DNA of 64,000 nucleotides from Rebecca billardiae RCC1528 (lineage: Eukaryota; Protista; Haptophyta), in the NCBI GenBank assembly GCA_965240325.2, contig OZ251227.1:1364001-1428000 (forward strand), written 5' to 3'. The translations under genes were made by a program, and so were the position numbers. Numbering within the stretch: the first letter of the stretch is position 1; every line of letters starts with the position of its first letter. Shown here in pieces: positions 11,692 through 24,194 of the stretch. The notes beneath the pieces were generated by a model. That model was not told where the DNA came from, did no database searches, and saw only the letters and a program-made list of their open reading frames with translations.

Positions 11692-13984
11692 ATGCTGCGC
11701 GCGCGCGGTGCGCTCGCCCTCGTGGTGTCGGCGGCGTCGGCTGCTGTGACGTCGGCGGCGGAGGCGTGCCTCTCCAACCCCGCCCTCGCGGACTCCATCG
11801 GCGGCCCGCCCAAGGCTGGCTCGTGCTGCCAGGAGAGCGTGTGCGGGCTGCCGTGCCCGGAGGACGTGCCGCCGCCGACGAACGGCTACTTGATCGCGGT
11901 GATCCTCGCCATCGTGGCGTTCTGCGGCGTGGGGTTTGGCTCGGCTTTCTTCATCAAGGAGAAGGCGGAGAACTTCTTCGTCGCCGGCCGCACCCTCCCG
12001 CTCTTTGTCGTCGCGCTCACGCTCGCCGCGCAGTCGATCGACTCGAACGCGCTCCTGGGCAACGCGGACCTGTCGTACAAGTACCACTACTGGGACGGCG
12101 CGGTGCTGCCCATCGGCCTGGGGCTGAGCCTCTTCCTCAACGGCGTCTTCCTCGCGCGCCACGTCCACCGCGCCAACGTGCTCACGCTGCCTGACATCTA
12201 TGGGCGCGCGTACGGCCCGGCGGTCGAGGTGCTCGTCTCGATCATCTGCTGCATCTCGTTCATCGCGCTGCTCGCGGGCAACCTGGTGGGCATGAGCGTG
12301 ATCCTGGGCTACCTCGGCGACCTCCCGCTCGAGGCCTCGGTCTTCGTCTCGGGCGTGATCCTCTTCCTCTACACGATCTCGGGCGGTCTCTTCTCTGTCG
12401 CGTACTCGGACGTGCTGCAGTCGAGCATCGGCATCAGCGGCTGCCTCGTGCTCGCGTTCTACTTCATCGCGAACGCGGAGAACGCCGCGCCGCCCCCGTC
12501 CATCGGCTTCCCGGGCTACAAGTACCCCGACCTCAAGGGCGACGGCGGCGCGTGCGACATGTATTCGGGCGTGCAGTGCTTCTGGGACAAGGCGGCGTGC
12601 TGCTACAACGAGGCCAAGTGGTGCAAGGGCGGGAGCTGCCGCGCGGACAACGGCGCGTACCCGTTCGGCGACCTGCCCATCTTCTACTCCGAGATGAGCG
12701 ACCCGAGCGCCCTCGCACCCTTCCCGAACGCCATCTTCTGTGCGCGCGCGCGCCCGACTCGCCCGACTCGCCCGACTCGCCGGGCCAGCTGACGGCGCCG
12801 CGCCTCGCCGCCGCGCGCGCCTCGCAGGGAACTGGGCGACGATCTTCATCCTGGGCTTCGGCAACCTCGCCGCGCTCGACTTCCAGGCGCGGTGTATGGC
12901 CGCGAAGACCGAGAACATCGCGACGATGGGCAACCTGATCGCCGCGGGCCTCACCTTCCTCGTGGGCATCCCGTTTGCCTACCTGGGCGCGATCACTCGC
13001 ACCTACTACGGCCCGGACACGCCGCGCGCGTCCTTCCTCGCGGACACGTGCTCCAGGGCGATCGGCCTGCCGACGTGCGGCCTCTGGCAGCCCGGTGCGC
13101 GCGCGCGCGCGCGCCGCGCGCCGCCCACCGCGCACCGCCCCCGCACGCGCGTCCGCGCGGCGTGCGACTGATCCCGCCATGCCGTGCGCGCGCGCGCGCA
13201 CGCGCGAAACCGACGACGGCCCCGTGCGCGCGCCTTAGACCCTGACGCGTTCATCAAGCTGCTCACGCACGAGGCGCCGCCCTTCCTGGGCGGGTGGACG
13301 CTGATCGCCATCGTCGCCGCGTCGATGTCCACCTCGGACGGCGCCATCCTCGCCCTCTCCACCGTCGTCTCGCACAACCTCGCGACCAAGCTGCCATTTG
13401 GCAAGGACATGAAGAACCTGCTGCTCATCACGCGCATCACCGCCGCGCCCGTCACGCTGGTCGCGTGCTGCCTCGCCGCCTTCTACAAGTCGGAGCACTC
13501 GGCCGGCGCGACGGGGTACCTGCTCATCGTCGCGTTCGACATCATGCTCTCGGGCTGCATCGTGCCGCTCTTCGCCGCCTTCTACCTCGACAAGCCGTCG
13601 CCGGCGGGCGCGCTCTTCTCGGTGGTGGGCGGCTCTCTGCTGCGCGTGATCCTCGAGGTGTCGCTGCCCAAGGACGGCTTCCTGATCCTGCCGTGGAAGG
13701 GCGACGAGTTCCTGGACTACGGCGCGCCCGCCGACTCGCGCCTGCCCGCCTTCATCGACGCGCGCCCGCAGGACCACTGGAACCCCGCGACGTGCGAGCA
13801 GCCGCGGCTGGAGGACTACACGGGCGTCGACTCGCTCGCCGCGCCCGTGTTTGGGTTCATCCTCTACTTCAGCGTCTACTTCATCGAGAAGGCGACGGGC
13901 AAGCCGCTGATCGCGTCGTGGTGGATGGAGCCGGTGAAGGCGCCGGAGGAGGACGCGGACGTGAAGAAGACGACGCAGGCGTGA
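11692..13984 (+). CDS. Sodium:solute symporter (SLC5A7 choline-transporter-like); introns 12740-12827 and 13095-13238
   Basis: ENFFVAGRTLPL, YTISGGLFSVAYSDVLQ and AASMSTSDGAILA SSS motifs, with many TM helices. Both GT..AG introns restore the frame (F-W-N-W and P-D-P-D). Confidence 0.92.
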
Positions 13985-14787
13985 GCACGCGGCGCCCACC
14001 CCCCATTGTACTCTACTCTGCATGCATGCCATCGACAGCTCGACTGACGCGAGAGCGGAGGAGCGCACGGACCGAGCGGGCGGGCCGTGCCGCCGCAGGG
14101 GCGTTTGCGCGCTCTGTGAGTGCGCGGGACCTCGCCATCGTCCGGCGGATGCAGCGAATGGACGAAGAGCGAGTGGGAGGATCCGGAAGCAGGCCCTTCG
14201 GGGCTCGTGCCGTCGCCGCTCGACTTCTGCCTCTCCGGCGTCCGAGTCACGCGCTACTTGAGAACTCGCCTCACGGCGATCCCTGTCCCTGATCCTGCGC
14301 TCAGCGCTGCATCGGGACGCCATCCGCCGATCCCGGCCCTGCAATCTGCAGCGCATCCAGTGACGGGCCGCAGGGTCCGCTGAGTGAGTCGTGTCTCGTG
14401 AGTCGTCTTCGTTAGCATAGCAGCATCAGACTTATGCGCAGCATGTCGTATTCGTATGGCAGCTATGACTGATGATCCTGACGGTCTGATGCCGATGCGC
14501 ACCCGCCCGACTAGCGGACTACCCGGTCTAGTTACAGCCGTCCGTTTACCGTTACGTCTACTACTCAGACCGTCTATAGTGGGGTCGTCAGAGCTCCGAC
14601 CGTTACACTCCCGAGTGACACAATCTCCCGAAATATCGAAATATGAAATATCTCCTCGGTTTGTAACTGTTTGAGTCCGCCGTTTGAGTTCGTTTACTTC
14701 GTGGCCTGTTTTATTTCTACCAGATTCCATTTACTATGTCACGGCGACAAGCCCGTGCCCGCCAGTGGGAATGGGCAGGGCAGTCGC

Positions 14788-16200
14788 CACCGGAAAGGGC
14801 TGCTGGCGGCTGTTTCCCGGGAACAAACTTGGTCCGCCAGCAGCCCTCCCGCCCCGCCCTATCAATACTGCTTGCACCCGCCGCTGGCGGCGCTCGTGGC
14901 GAGGCCCGCTGGCAGCCCCTCTCGCGCCTGGCGACAAATACGCCGCCCGCCCGTAGCTGGCGCTTGCAGAAAGGCCGCCAGCGGCCCTCCCGCCCCGTCA
15001 AATCAATATGCTTGCACCCGCCGCTGGCGGCGCTCGTGGAGTCGAGCGGCAAGGCCCGCTGGCAGCCCCTCTCGAGCCCGGCGACAAATACGCCGCCCAC
15101 CCGTAGCTGGCGCTTGCAGAAGGGCCGCCAGCGGCCCTCCCGCCCCGTCAAATCAATATGCTTGCACCCGCCGCTGGCGGCGCTCGTGGCAAGGCCCGCT
15201 GGCAGCCCCTCTCGCGCCAGGCGACAAATACGCCGCCCGCCCGTAGCTGGCGCTTGCAGAAAGGCCGCCAGCGGCCCTCCCGCCCCGTCAAATCAATATG
15301 CTTGCACCCGCCGCTGGCGGCGCTCGTGGAGTCGTGCGGCAAGGCCCGCTGGCAGCCCCTCTCGAGCCCGGCGACAAATACGCCGTCGGCCCGTAGCCGT
15401 AGGTAGCTGGCGCTTGCAGAAAGGCCGCCAGCGGCCCTCCCGCCCCGTCAAATCAATATGCTTGCACCCGCCGCTGGCGGCGCTCGTGGAGTCGTGCGGC
15501 AAGGCCCGCTGGCAGCCCCTCTCGAGCCCGGCGACAAATACGCCGTCGCCCGTAGCTGGCGCTTGCAGAAAGGCCGCCAGCGGCCCTCCCGCCCCGTCAA
15601 ATCAATATGCTTGTACTCTGCCGCTGGCGGCGCTCGTGGCGAGGCCCGCTGGCAGCCCCTCTCGCGCCTGGCGACAAATACGCCGCCCCGGCCCGTAGCT
15701 GGCGCTTGCAGAAAGGCCGCCAGCGGCCCTCCCGCCCCGTCAAATCAATATGCTTGCACCCGCCGCTGGCGGCGCTCGTGGCGAGGCCCGCTGGCAGCCC
15801 CTCTCGCGCCCGGCGACAAATACGCCGTCGCCCGTAGCTGGCGCTTGCAGAAAGGCCGCCAGCGGCCCTCCCGCCCCGTCAAATCAATATGCTTGCACCC
15901 GCCGCTGGCGGCGCGCGTGGCGAGGCCCGCTGGCAGCCCCTCTCGCGCCTGGCGACAAATACGCCGCCCGCCCGTAGCTGGCCGCTTGCAGAACGGCCGC
16001 CAGCGGCCCTCCCGCCCCGTCAAATCAATATGCTTGCACCCGCCGCTGGCGGCGCTCGTGGAGTCGTGGCGAGGCCCGCTGGCAGCCCCTCTCGCGCCTG
16101 GCGACGAAGGCATACGCCGTCGGCTCGTCGCCCGTAGCTGGTGCTTGCAGAAGGGCCGGCAGCAGTGCTCAAGCAGCCCTCCCGCCCCGCCAAATCATCA
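14788..16200 (+). repeat. Satellite S1 left array, about 10 units of 140-150 bp
   Basis: AATCAATATGCTTG recurs at about 15001, 15151, 15291, 15451, 15600, 15743, 15882 and 16023. The 150-bp units carry a 10-bp insert (GAGTCGTGCG; GAGTCGAGCG in one unit). Confidence 0.97.
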
Positions 16201-16749
16201 GCTTGGCAGCGCGCGCGCCCGCGCGAGGCCGCGCCGCGCGAGGCCGCCCCCGAGGGCGAGGCCGGCACTGTGGCACGCGCGCGCGCGCGCGCGGACGTGT
16301 TCGGAGCTCGCCCAGTCGCACTGATTCCCCCTGGGCTGCCTCAGCGGCCGGGGCCGCGGTGGGTGGCGCGGCGGATGACGCGGCGGACGGCGCGGCCAGC
16401 GGGCGCACGGCGTGGGCCGGCGGGCGCGGCGGCGGCCCCCACCTCTGCTGCGGCGCCGCCGCACACGCCGGCGGCGCGCTCCCACGAGTGGACGCTCTGT
16501 CTGGCTCCCGTCTCTCCGCGCCGCGCGAGCCCGCGCCGCCTGCGCCCGCCGCGCGCCTTAGCGGCGGGGCCGGCGGCGGCGTGGACGAGGTAGCTGTGCA
16601 GGCGGCGGCAGTGTCGGCAGCAGCGGCGGCGCGCCCCACGGGACGAGCATGCCCTTGACCCTCAAGCCGGTGCACGCGCCACCCGCGCACGGTCGCACTC
16701 AGCGGCACCGTGCCCCGCCCGCCGCGGTGGCTGACTCGACGTGAAACGG

Positions 16750-17290
16750 GGGACGGCGTAGTTGGCGTCGGCGTATTGGTTGATGCCCGGCGCAAGCGAG
16801 TCTGCCTGCTGCGGGCCTCGCCACAAGGCTCACACGTGCCGCCACGGCGGCGGGTGCAAACAGTATTGACGTGTTGGGGCGGGAGGGCGCTGCTGGCAGC
16901 CCTTCGACCTGCAAGCGCCATCAGCTGCTAGCTAGGCCTGGGGGCGACGGCGTATTGTCGCCAGGCGCGAGCGGGGCTGCCAGCGGGCCTCGCCACGAGC
17001 GCCGCCAGCGGCGGGTGCAAGCAGTCTTGATAGGGCGGGGCGGGAGGGCTGCCGGCGGACCAAGTTTGTTCCCGGGAAACAGCCGCCAGCAGGCGTTTGC
17101 GCGTACTATTAGCATAAGCTACAGCAGTAGCAGCAGTTATTAGTCTCAGTCGCGCGGGGAGGGCGTCTGCGGGCCCCGCCACTAACGCCGCCAGCGGCGC
17201 TTGGTTCAAGCAGTATCGAATAAGTACACTAGGGGGCGCCGGAGGGCTGCTGGCGGCCCAAGTTTGTTCCCGGGAAACAGCCGCCACCAA
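16750..17290 (-). repeat. Inverted S1 units, including two copies of the S1 terminal cap
   Basis: CCAAGTTTGTTCCCGGGAAACAGCCGCCA at about 17060 and about 17258 is the reverse complement of the cap at about 14804-14832. Confidence 0.88.
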
Positions 17291-17639
17291 GCCTTCGACC
17301 TGGTGGAGCTCGTGTCGGCTTTAACACGTACATGGCGGACGGGGTCCGCAGGCCGCAGGGTCAAGGATAGAGTCTCTGCTGGGGCCTTGAACATTACCAT
17401 GGAGGAGAGCATAGGGCCAAGACTGGTTGCTGGCCCCCGTGCCCAACTATGGCGTGCCCAACGCGGTGACGTCCGTACAGAACTACTCACCCGACACGGG
17501 CTCGCTGCTGCCACATCATGTGTCGCCATCACGCGCGCCTGCGACGCATCACGTCTGCTGCTTCGATGAGCATCAGGTCTGCAACAGACCAAGGAGGAGC
17601 AGCTCACGCGACAGCGCTTTTGCTAGCTGACCAGGGCTA

Positions 17640-20330
17640 TGACGGGTGTGTTGACGTCGTTGTCTCGGCATGTGTCTGCATCAGGCGGGCTTGCAGCATG
17701 CCACGACATCCCGCGGCGGCGAGTCCCCGACGAATAAACAGGGGCGCGAATAAGTACGACTCGTCCGGTTGGCCTACGTGAATCGTGATGTGCTGCTAGC
17801 ACTCGTGAGCTATCAGAGCATGCGCTTGGTGCAAAGCGTGCATGCAATGCTGCTTGCCGCCACCCAGCACACGTGCCGCCTAAGGTGCGCGAGCAGGCCC
17901 AGCCACGCGACGGCAATCGTCAAGGCCGACAAGGCGGTGCGGCGCGGGCGGCGCCGGGCGCGCTGCTCTGGTTGCCGACGATGAGCGGAGCAGCAGCGCA
18001 GCTGCTGGTGCTGCGCCGTGCGCGATCGGCGGATGAGCTACGCGCCAAGTGAGCGCGCATGCCGGCTCGCTGCTTGCCTGCGCACGGGCCGCCTGAGCTG
18101 TGCGAGCACGGGCCGCAGCGACGCAGCCGCGCAGCGGCAATCATCACGGTGGCGCGGCGCGGCGCCGGGCGTGCTGCTCCGGTTGCCGACGATGAGCGGA
18201 GCAGCAGCGCAGCAGCCGCTGCTGCGCCGTGCGTGATCAGTGCATGGAACTAGCGCTAAGTAGGCGCGCATGCCGGCTCGCTGCTTGCCTGCACACGGGC
18301 CGCCTGAGCTGTGCGAGCACGGGCCGCAGCGACGCAGCCGCTCAGCGGCAATCATCACGGCGGCGCGGCGCGGCGCCGGGCGCGCTGATCTGGTTGCCGA
18401 CGATGAGCGGAGCAGCAGCGCAGCAGCTGGTTCTGCGCCGTGCGCGATCGGCGGATGAGCTACGCGCCAAGTGAGCGCGCATGCCGGCTCGCTGCTTGCC
18501 TGCGCACGGGCCGCCTGAGCTGTGTGAGCACGGGCCGCAGCGACGCAGCCGCGCAGCGGCAATCATCACGGCGGCGCGGCGCGGCGCCGGGCGTGCTGCT
18601 CTGGTTGCCGACGATGAGCGGAGCAGCAGCGCAGCTGCTGGTTCTGCGCCGTGCGCGATCGGCGGATGAGCTACGCGCCAAGTGAGCGCGCATGCCGGCT
18701 CGCTGCTTGCCTGCGCACGGGCCGCAGCTGTGCGAGCACGGGCCGCAGCGTCGCAGCCGCTCGGCGGCAACATCATGGCGGCGCGGCGCGGCGCCGGGCG
18801 TGCTGCTCCGGTTGCCGACGATGAGCGGAGCAGCAGCGCAGCAGCCGCTGCTGCGCCGTGCGTGATCAGTGCATGGAACTAGCGCTAAGTAGGCGCGCAT
18901 GCCGGCTCGCTGCTTGCCTGCGCACGGGCCGCCTGAGCTGCGCGAGCACGGGCCGCAGCGACGCAGCCGCTCAGCGGCAATCATCACGGCGGCGCGGCGC
19001 GGGGCCGGGCGCGCTGCTCTGGTTGCCGACGATGAGCGGAGCAGCAGCGCAGCTGCTGGTTCTGCGCCGTGCGCAATCGGCGGATGAGCTACGCGTCAAG
19101 TGAGCGCGCATGCCGGCTCGCTGCTTGCCTGCACACGGGCCGCCTGAGCTGTGTGAGCACGGGCCGCAGCGACGCAGCCGCGCAGCGGCAATCATCACGG
19201 CGGCGCGGCGCGGCGCCGGGCGTGCTGCTCCGGTTGCCGACGATGAGCGGAGCAGCAGCGCAGCAGCCGCTGCTGCGCCGTGCGTGATCAGTGCATGGAA
19301 CTAGCGCTAAGTAGGCGCGCATGCCGGCTCGCTGCTTGCCTGCACACGGGCCGCCTGAGCTGCGCGAGCACGGGCCGCAGCGACGCAGCCGCTCAGCGGC
19401 AATCATCACGGCGGCGCGGCGCGGCGCCGGGCGCGCTGCTCTGGTTGCCGACGATGAGCGGAGCAGCAGCGCAGCTGCTGGTGCTGCGCCGTGCGCAATC
19501 GGCGGATGAGCTACGCGTCAAGTGAGCGCGCATGCCGGCTCGCTGCTTGCCTGCACACGGGCCGCCTGAGCTGTGCGAGCACGGGCCGCAGCGACGCAGC
19601 CGCTCAGCGGCAATCATCACGGCAGCGCGGCGCGGCGCCGGGCTCTCTGCTCTGGTTGCCGACGATGAGCGGAGCAGCAGCGCAGCAGCTGCTGCTGCGC
19701 CGTGCGCGATCGGCGGATGAGCTACGCGCCAAGTGAGCGCGCAAGCCGGCTCGCTGCTTGCCTGCGCACGGGCCGCAGCTGTGTGAGCACGGGCCGCAGC
19801 GTCGCAGCCGCTCGGCGGCAACATCACGGCGGCGCGGCGCGGCGCCGGGCGCGCTGCTCTTGTTGCCGACGATGAGCGGAGCAGCAGCGCAGCAGCCGCT
19901 GCTGCGCCGTGCGTGATCGGTGCATGGAACTAGCGCTAAGTAGGCGCGCATGCCGGCTCGCTGCTTGCCTGCGCACGGGCCGCCTGAGCTGCGCGAGCAC
20001 GGGCCGCAGCGACGCAGCCGCGCGGCGGCAACATCACGGCGGGGCGGCGCGGCGCCGGGCGTGCTGCTCCGGTTGCCGACAATGAGCGGAGCAGCAGCGC
20101 AGCAGCCGCTGCTGCGCCATGCGTGATCGGTGCATGAAGCTAGCGCTAAGTAGGCGCGCATGCCGGCTCGCTGCTTGCCTGCGCACGGGCCGCCTGAGCT
20201 GCGCGAGCACTGGCCGCAGCATCGCAGCTGCGCACTGGCAATCGTCAGGTACTCAATCGAGGCGGGTGCACAGCTGGTTGCTCACGATGAGCAGAGCAGC
20301 CGCGCAGCTGCTGCCGCAATGGGTATGATC
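17640..20330 (+). repeat. Satellite S2 left arm, about 11 units of 207-211 bp plus an outer ~280-bp segment
   Basis: GCCGGCTCGCTGCTTGCC recurs with unit starts near 18058, 18269, 18480, 18691, 18898, 19109, 19320, 19531, 19742, 19949 and 20159. Confidence 0.97.
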
Positions 20331-20959
20331 GTTTGTTACCAGCTCAACAGAGTGGGTGACTCCTACTTGATGCCACTGCGCCTTTCCTGAACACTGGCTC
20401 TACTTGACAATCAACATCTCAATACATATGACCGGAGCAGTGATCAGATGACTACATGTGTCGTCGAGCAACTACCAAGAGCAGAGACAGCCTACAGACG
20501 GTACCTTATTCGTAAGCCACCTGGTCAAAGTAAGCCGCAGCGCAAATGCGTATAGGCTACGTCCTGATTGCTGCTGTCGAGCAAGAAGACGACGCGGTCG
20601 ATGCGCCACGTAGTCGAGTCTGCAACTGCCCAGGGGCAACGACGCGTCCGACTACCAGGTGGTTGTAGTACTCCGCGGTCTGCCAAGTGGTCTTGACCGA
20701 TCAGCGAATGGGCCGTTGTCGTACGCGTTCCTCCGTGCGTAGAGCACCGAGCGCGCACACGGGAATGTACTGCCTTAGAGCATAACGGCTTGAGATGCAT
20801 CAGCGCAGCTGCCAGCTGCTGCTACTTGCTTGGCTGATGATGACGATTATTGTCATCAGCAGCAATATCAGCTGCTGTGAGCCCTGGCCAGCATTCGCGT
20901 CACCCACGCGCGGCTGCGCCTGGCGGCACACTCTGCACATGGCACGTATATGCTCGACG

Positions 20960-23862
20960 GTAGCAAGCTAAGGCGCGCGGCTAACTCGGCGCTCGTTCCA
21001 TGCCTCGATCGCATACCATACAAGGCCAGCAGATTCATCGTCTACTATCATCGGTGCACCCAGCGCCGCGCCGCGCCGCCTTGACGATTGCCGCAGCGTG
21101 GGTGTGCTGCTGCTGCACCTGCTCGCGCAGCTCAGGCGGCCCGTGCGCAGGCAGGCAGCGAGCCGGCATGCGTGCTCACACGGCGCGTAGCCCATCCTCC
21201 GATCACGCATGGCGGAGCACCAGCAGCTGCGCTGCTGCTCCGCTCATCGTCGGCAACCGGAGCAGCGCGCCCGGCGCCGCGCCACGCCGCCTTGACGATT
21301 GCCGCTGAGCGGCTGCGTCGCTGCGGCCCGTGCTCGCACAGCTCAGGCGGCCCGTGTGCAGGCAAGCAGCGAGCCGGCATGCGCGCCTACTTAGCGCTAG
21401 TTCCATGCACTGATCACGCACGGCGCAGCAGCGGCTGCTGCGCTGCTGCTCCGCTCATCGTCGGCAACCGGAGCAGCACGTCCGGCGCCGCGCCGCGCCG
21501 CCGTGATGATTGCCGCCGCGCGGCTGCGACGCTGCGGCCCGTGCTCGCACAGCTCAGGCGGCCCGTGCGCAGGCAAGCAGCGAGCCGGCATGCGTGCTCA
21601 CTCGGCGCGTAGCCCATCCGCCGTGCGCGCACGGAACAACACCGGAAGCTGCGCTGCTGCTCCGCTCATCGTCGGTAACCGGAGCAGCGCGCCTGGCGCC
21701 GCGCCGCGCCGCCTTGACGATTGCCGCCGTGCGACTACGTCGCTGCGGCCCGTGCTCGCACAGCTCAGACGGCCCGTGCGCAGGCAAGCAGCGAGCCGGC
21801 ATGCGCGCTCACTTGGCGCGTAGCCCATCCGCCGTGCGCGCACGAAACAACACCAGCAGCTGCGCTGCTGCTCCGCTCATCGTCGGCAACCAGAGCAGCG
21901 CGCCGGGCGCCGCGCCGCGCCGCCGTGATGTTGCCGCCGCGCGGCTGCGTCGCTGCGGCCCGTGCTCGCACAGCTCAGACGGCCCGTGCGCAGGCAAGCA
22001 GCGAGCCGGCATGCGCGCCTACTTAGCGCTAGTTCCATGCACCGATCACGCACGGCGCAGCACCAGCAGCTGCGCTGCTGCTCCGTTCATCGTCGGCAAC
22101 CGGAGCAGCGCGCCCGGCGCCGCGCCGCGCCGCCGTGATGTTGCCGCCGCGCGGCTGCGTCGCTGCGGCCCGTGCTCGCACAGCTCAGACGGCCCGTGCG
22201 CAGGCAAGCAGCGAGCCGGCATGCGCGCCTACTTAGCGCTAGTTCCATGCACCGATCACGCACGGCGCAGCACCAGCAGCTGCGCTGCTGCTCCGTTCAT
22301 CGTCGGCAACCGGAGCAGCGCGCCCGGCGCCGCGCCGCGCCGCCGTGATGTTGCCGCCGCGCGGCTGCGACGCTGCGGCCCGTGCTCGCACAGCTCAGAC
22401 GGCCCGTGCGCAGGCAAGCAGCGAGCCGGCATGCGTGCTCACTCGGCGCGTAGCCCATCCACCGATCGCGCACGGCGCAGCACCAGCAGCTGCGCTGCTG
22501 CTCCGTTCATCGTCGGCAACCGGAGCAGCGCGCCCGGCGCCGCGCCGCGCCGCCGTGATGTTGCCGCCGCGCGGCTGCGTCGCTGCGGCCCGTGCTCGCA
22601 CAGCTCAGGCGGCCCGTGCGCAGGCAAGCAGCGAGCCGGCATGCGCGCTCACTTGGCGCGTAGCCCATCCGCCGTGCGCGCACGGAACAACACCAGCAGC
22701 TGCGCTGCTGCTCCGCTCATCGTCGGTAACCAGAGCAGCGCGCCGGGCGCCGCGCCGCGCCGCCGTGATGTTGCCGCCGCGCGGCTGCGTCGCTGCGGCC
22801 CGTGCTCGCACAGCTCAGACGGCCCGTGCGCAGGCAGGCAGCGAGCCGGCATGCGCGCCTACTTAGCGCTAGTTCCATGCACCGATCACGCATGGCGCAG
22901 CACCAGCAGCTGCGCTGCTGCTCCGTTCATCGTCGGCAACCGGAGCAGCGCGCCCGGCGCCGCGCCGCGCCGCCTTGACGATTGCCGCCGCGCGGCTGCG
23001 ACGCTGCGGCCCGTGCTCGCACAGCTCAGGCGGCCCGTGCGCAGGCAAGCAGCGAGCCGGCATGCGTGCTCACTCGGCGCGTAGCCCATCCGCCGTGCGC
23101 GCACGGAACAACACCAGAAGCTGCGCTGCTGCTCCGCTCATCGTCGGTAACCGGCGCAGCGCGCCCGGCGCCGCGCCGCGCCGCCTTGACGATTGCCGCC
23201 GTGCGGCTACGTCGCTGCGGCCCGTGCTCGCACAGCTCAGGCGGCCCGTGCGCAGGCAAGCAGCGAGCCGGCATGCGTGCTCACTCGGCGCGCAGCTCAT
23301 TCGCCGATCGCGCACGGTGCAGCAGCAGCTGCTGCGCTGCTGCTCCGCTCATCGTCGGCAACCAGAGCAGCGCGCCGGGCGCCGCGCCGCGCCGCCTTCT
23401 TGGCGGCGGCTGCGACGCTGCGGCCCATGCTCGCACAGCTCAGGCGGCCCGTGCGCAGGCAAGCAGCGAGCCGGCATGCGTGCTCACTTGGCGCGCAGCT
23501 CATCCACCGATCGCGCACGGCGCAGCACCAGCAGCTGTGCTGCTGCTCCGCTCATTGTCGGCAGCCAGAGCAGCGCGCCCGGCGCCGCGCTACGCCGCCT
23601 TGATGTTTCCGCCGCGCGGCTGGGCGTGCTCGCACACCATAGGCGGCACGTGTGCTGGGTGGCGGAAAGCAGCAGTGCATACACGCTTTGCATTAAGCGC
23701 ATGCTCTGATTGCGCACTCACGATTCACGTAGGCCGCGTTGTCCTTGTTCGAGCCCCTGCTCATTCGTTCAGGACTCGCCGCGCGATGTCGTCGCATGCT
23801 GCAAGCCCGATTGATGCAGACAAACACTGTGACAACGCGACGACGAGGACACGCCTGTCGTA
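20960..23862 (-). repeat. Satellite S2 right arm (inverted), about 12 units of 210-211 bp plus an outer segment
   Basis: GCAGCGAGCCGGCATG recurs about every 210-211 bp from about 21155 to 23478. Region 23600-23862 is a diverged inverted copy of 17640-17920. Confidence 0.97.
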
Positions 23863-24194
23863 CTTTAACCTTGGCGAGCTCTCACAAGTGCCACTGTCGC
23901 GTGGGCATGCTGCCTCTTGACGTCGGCTGTCACGAGCAGGCCGATATTGTACACAGAGAAGACGTACAAGGCCACTGTCGCGCGGCAGCATACGTACAGT
24001 ATATCTTCGTCTTTCGAGGCTGATGTGTCGTCGATCGAGGCATGACGGGATGAGGCGGCACGATGTGGTAGCAGCAAACGCCCATGGCCAAGTGCCTACA
24101 GTAAACTTATAAGTTGGACGTGAAGGTCAGCACCCTACCTTGCGCATGTGCATGCTGTCGTCCATGCCCGTCCTGGTGGCTGCTCAGAGCGTCT

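Noticed and set aside
20525-20800. Transposase remnant in the central core
   Set aside because: Only short, frame-broken peptide stretches; no DDE or zinc-finger motif recognised.
21510-23084. 524-aa ORF and the many other ORFs inside S1/S2 arrays
   Set aside because: By-product of GC-rich 210-bp (3n) units. Neighbouring 211- and 207-bp units shift the frame freely and no domain is recognisable.
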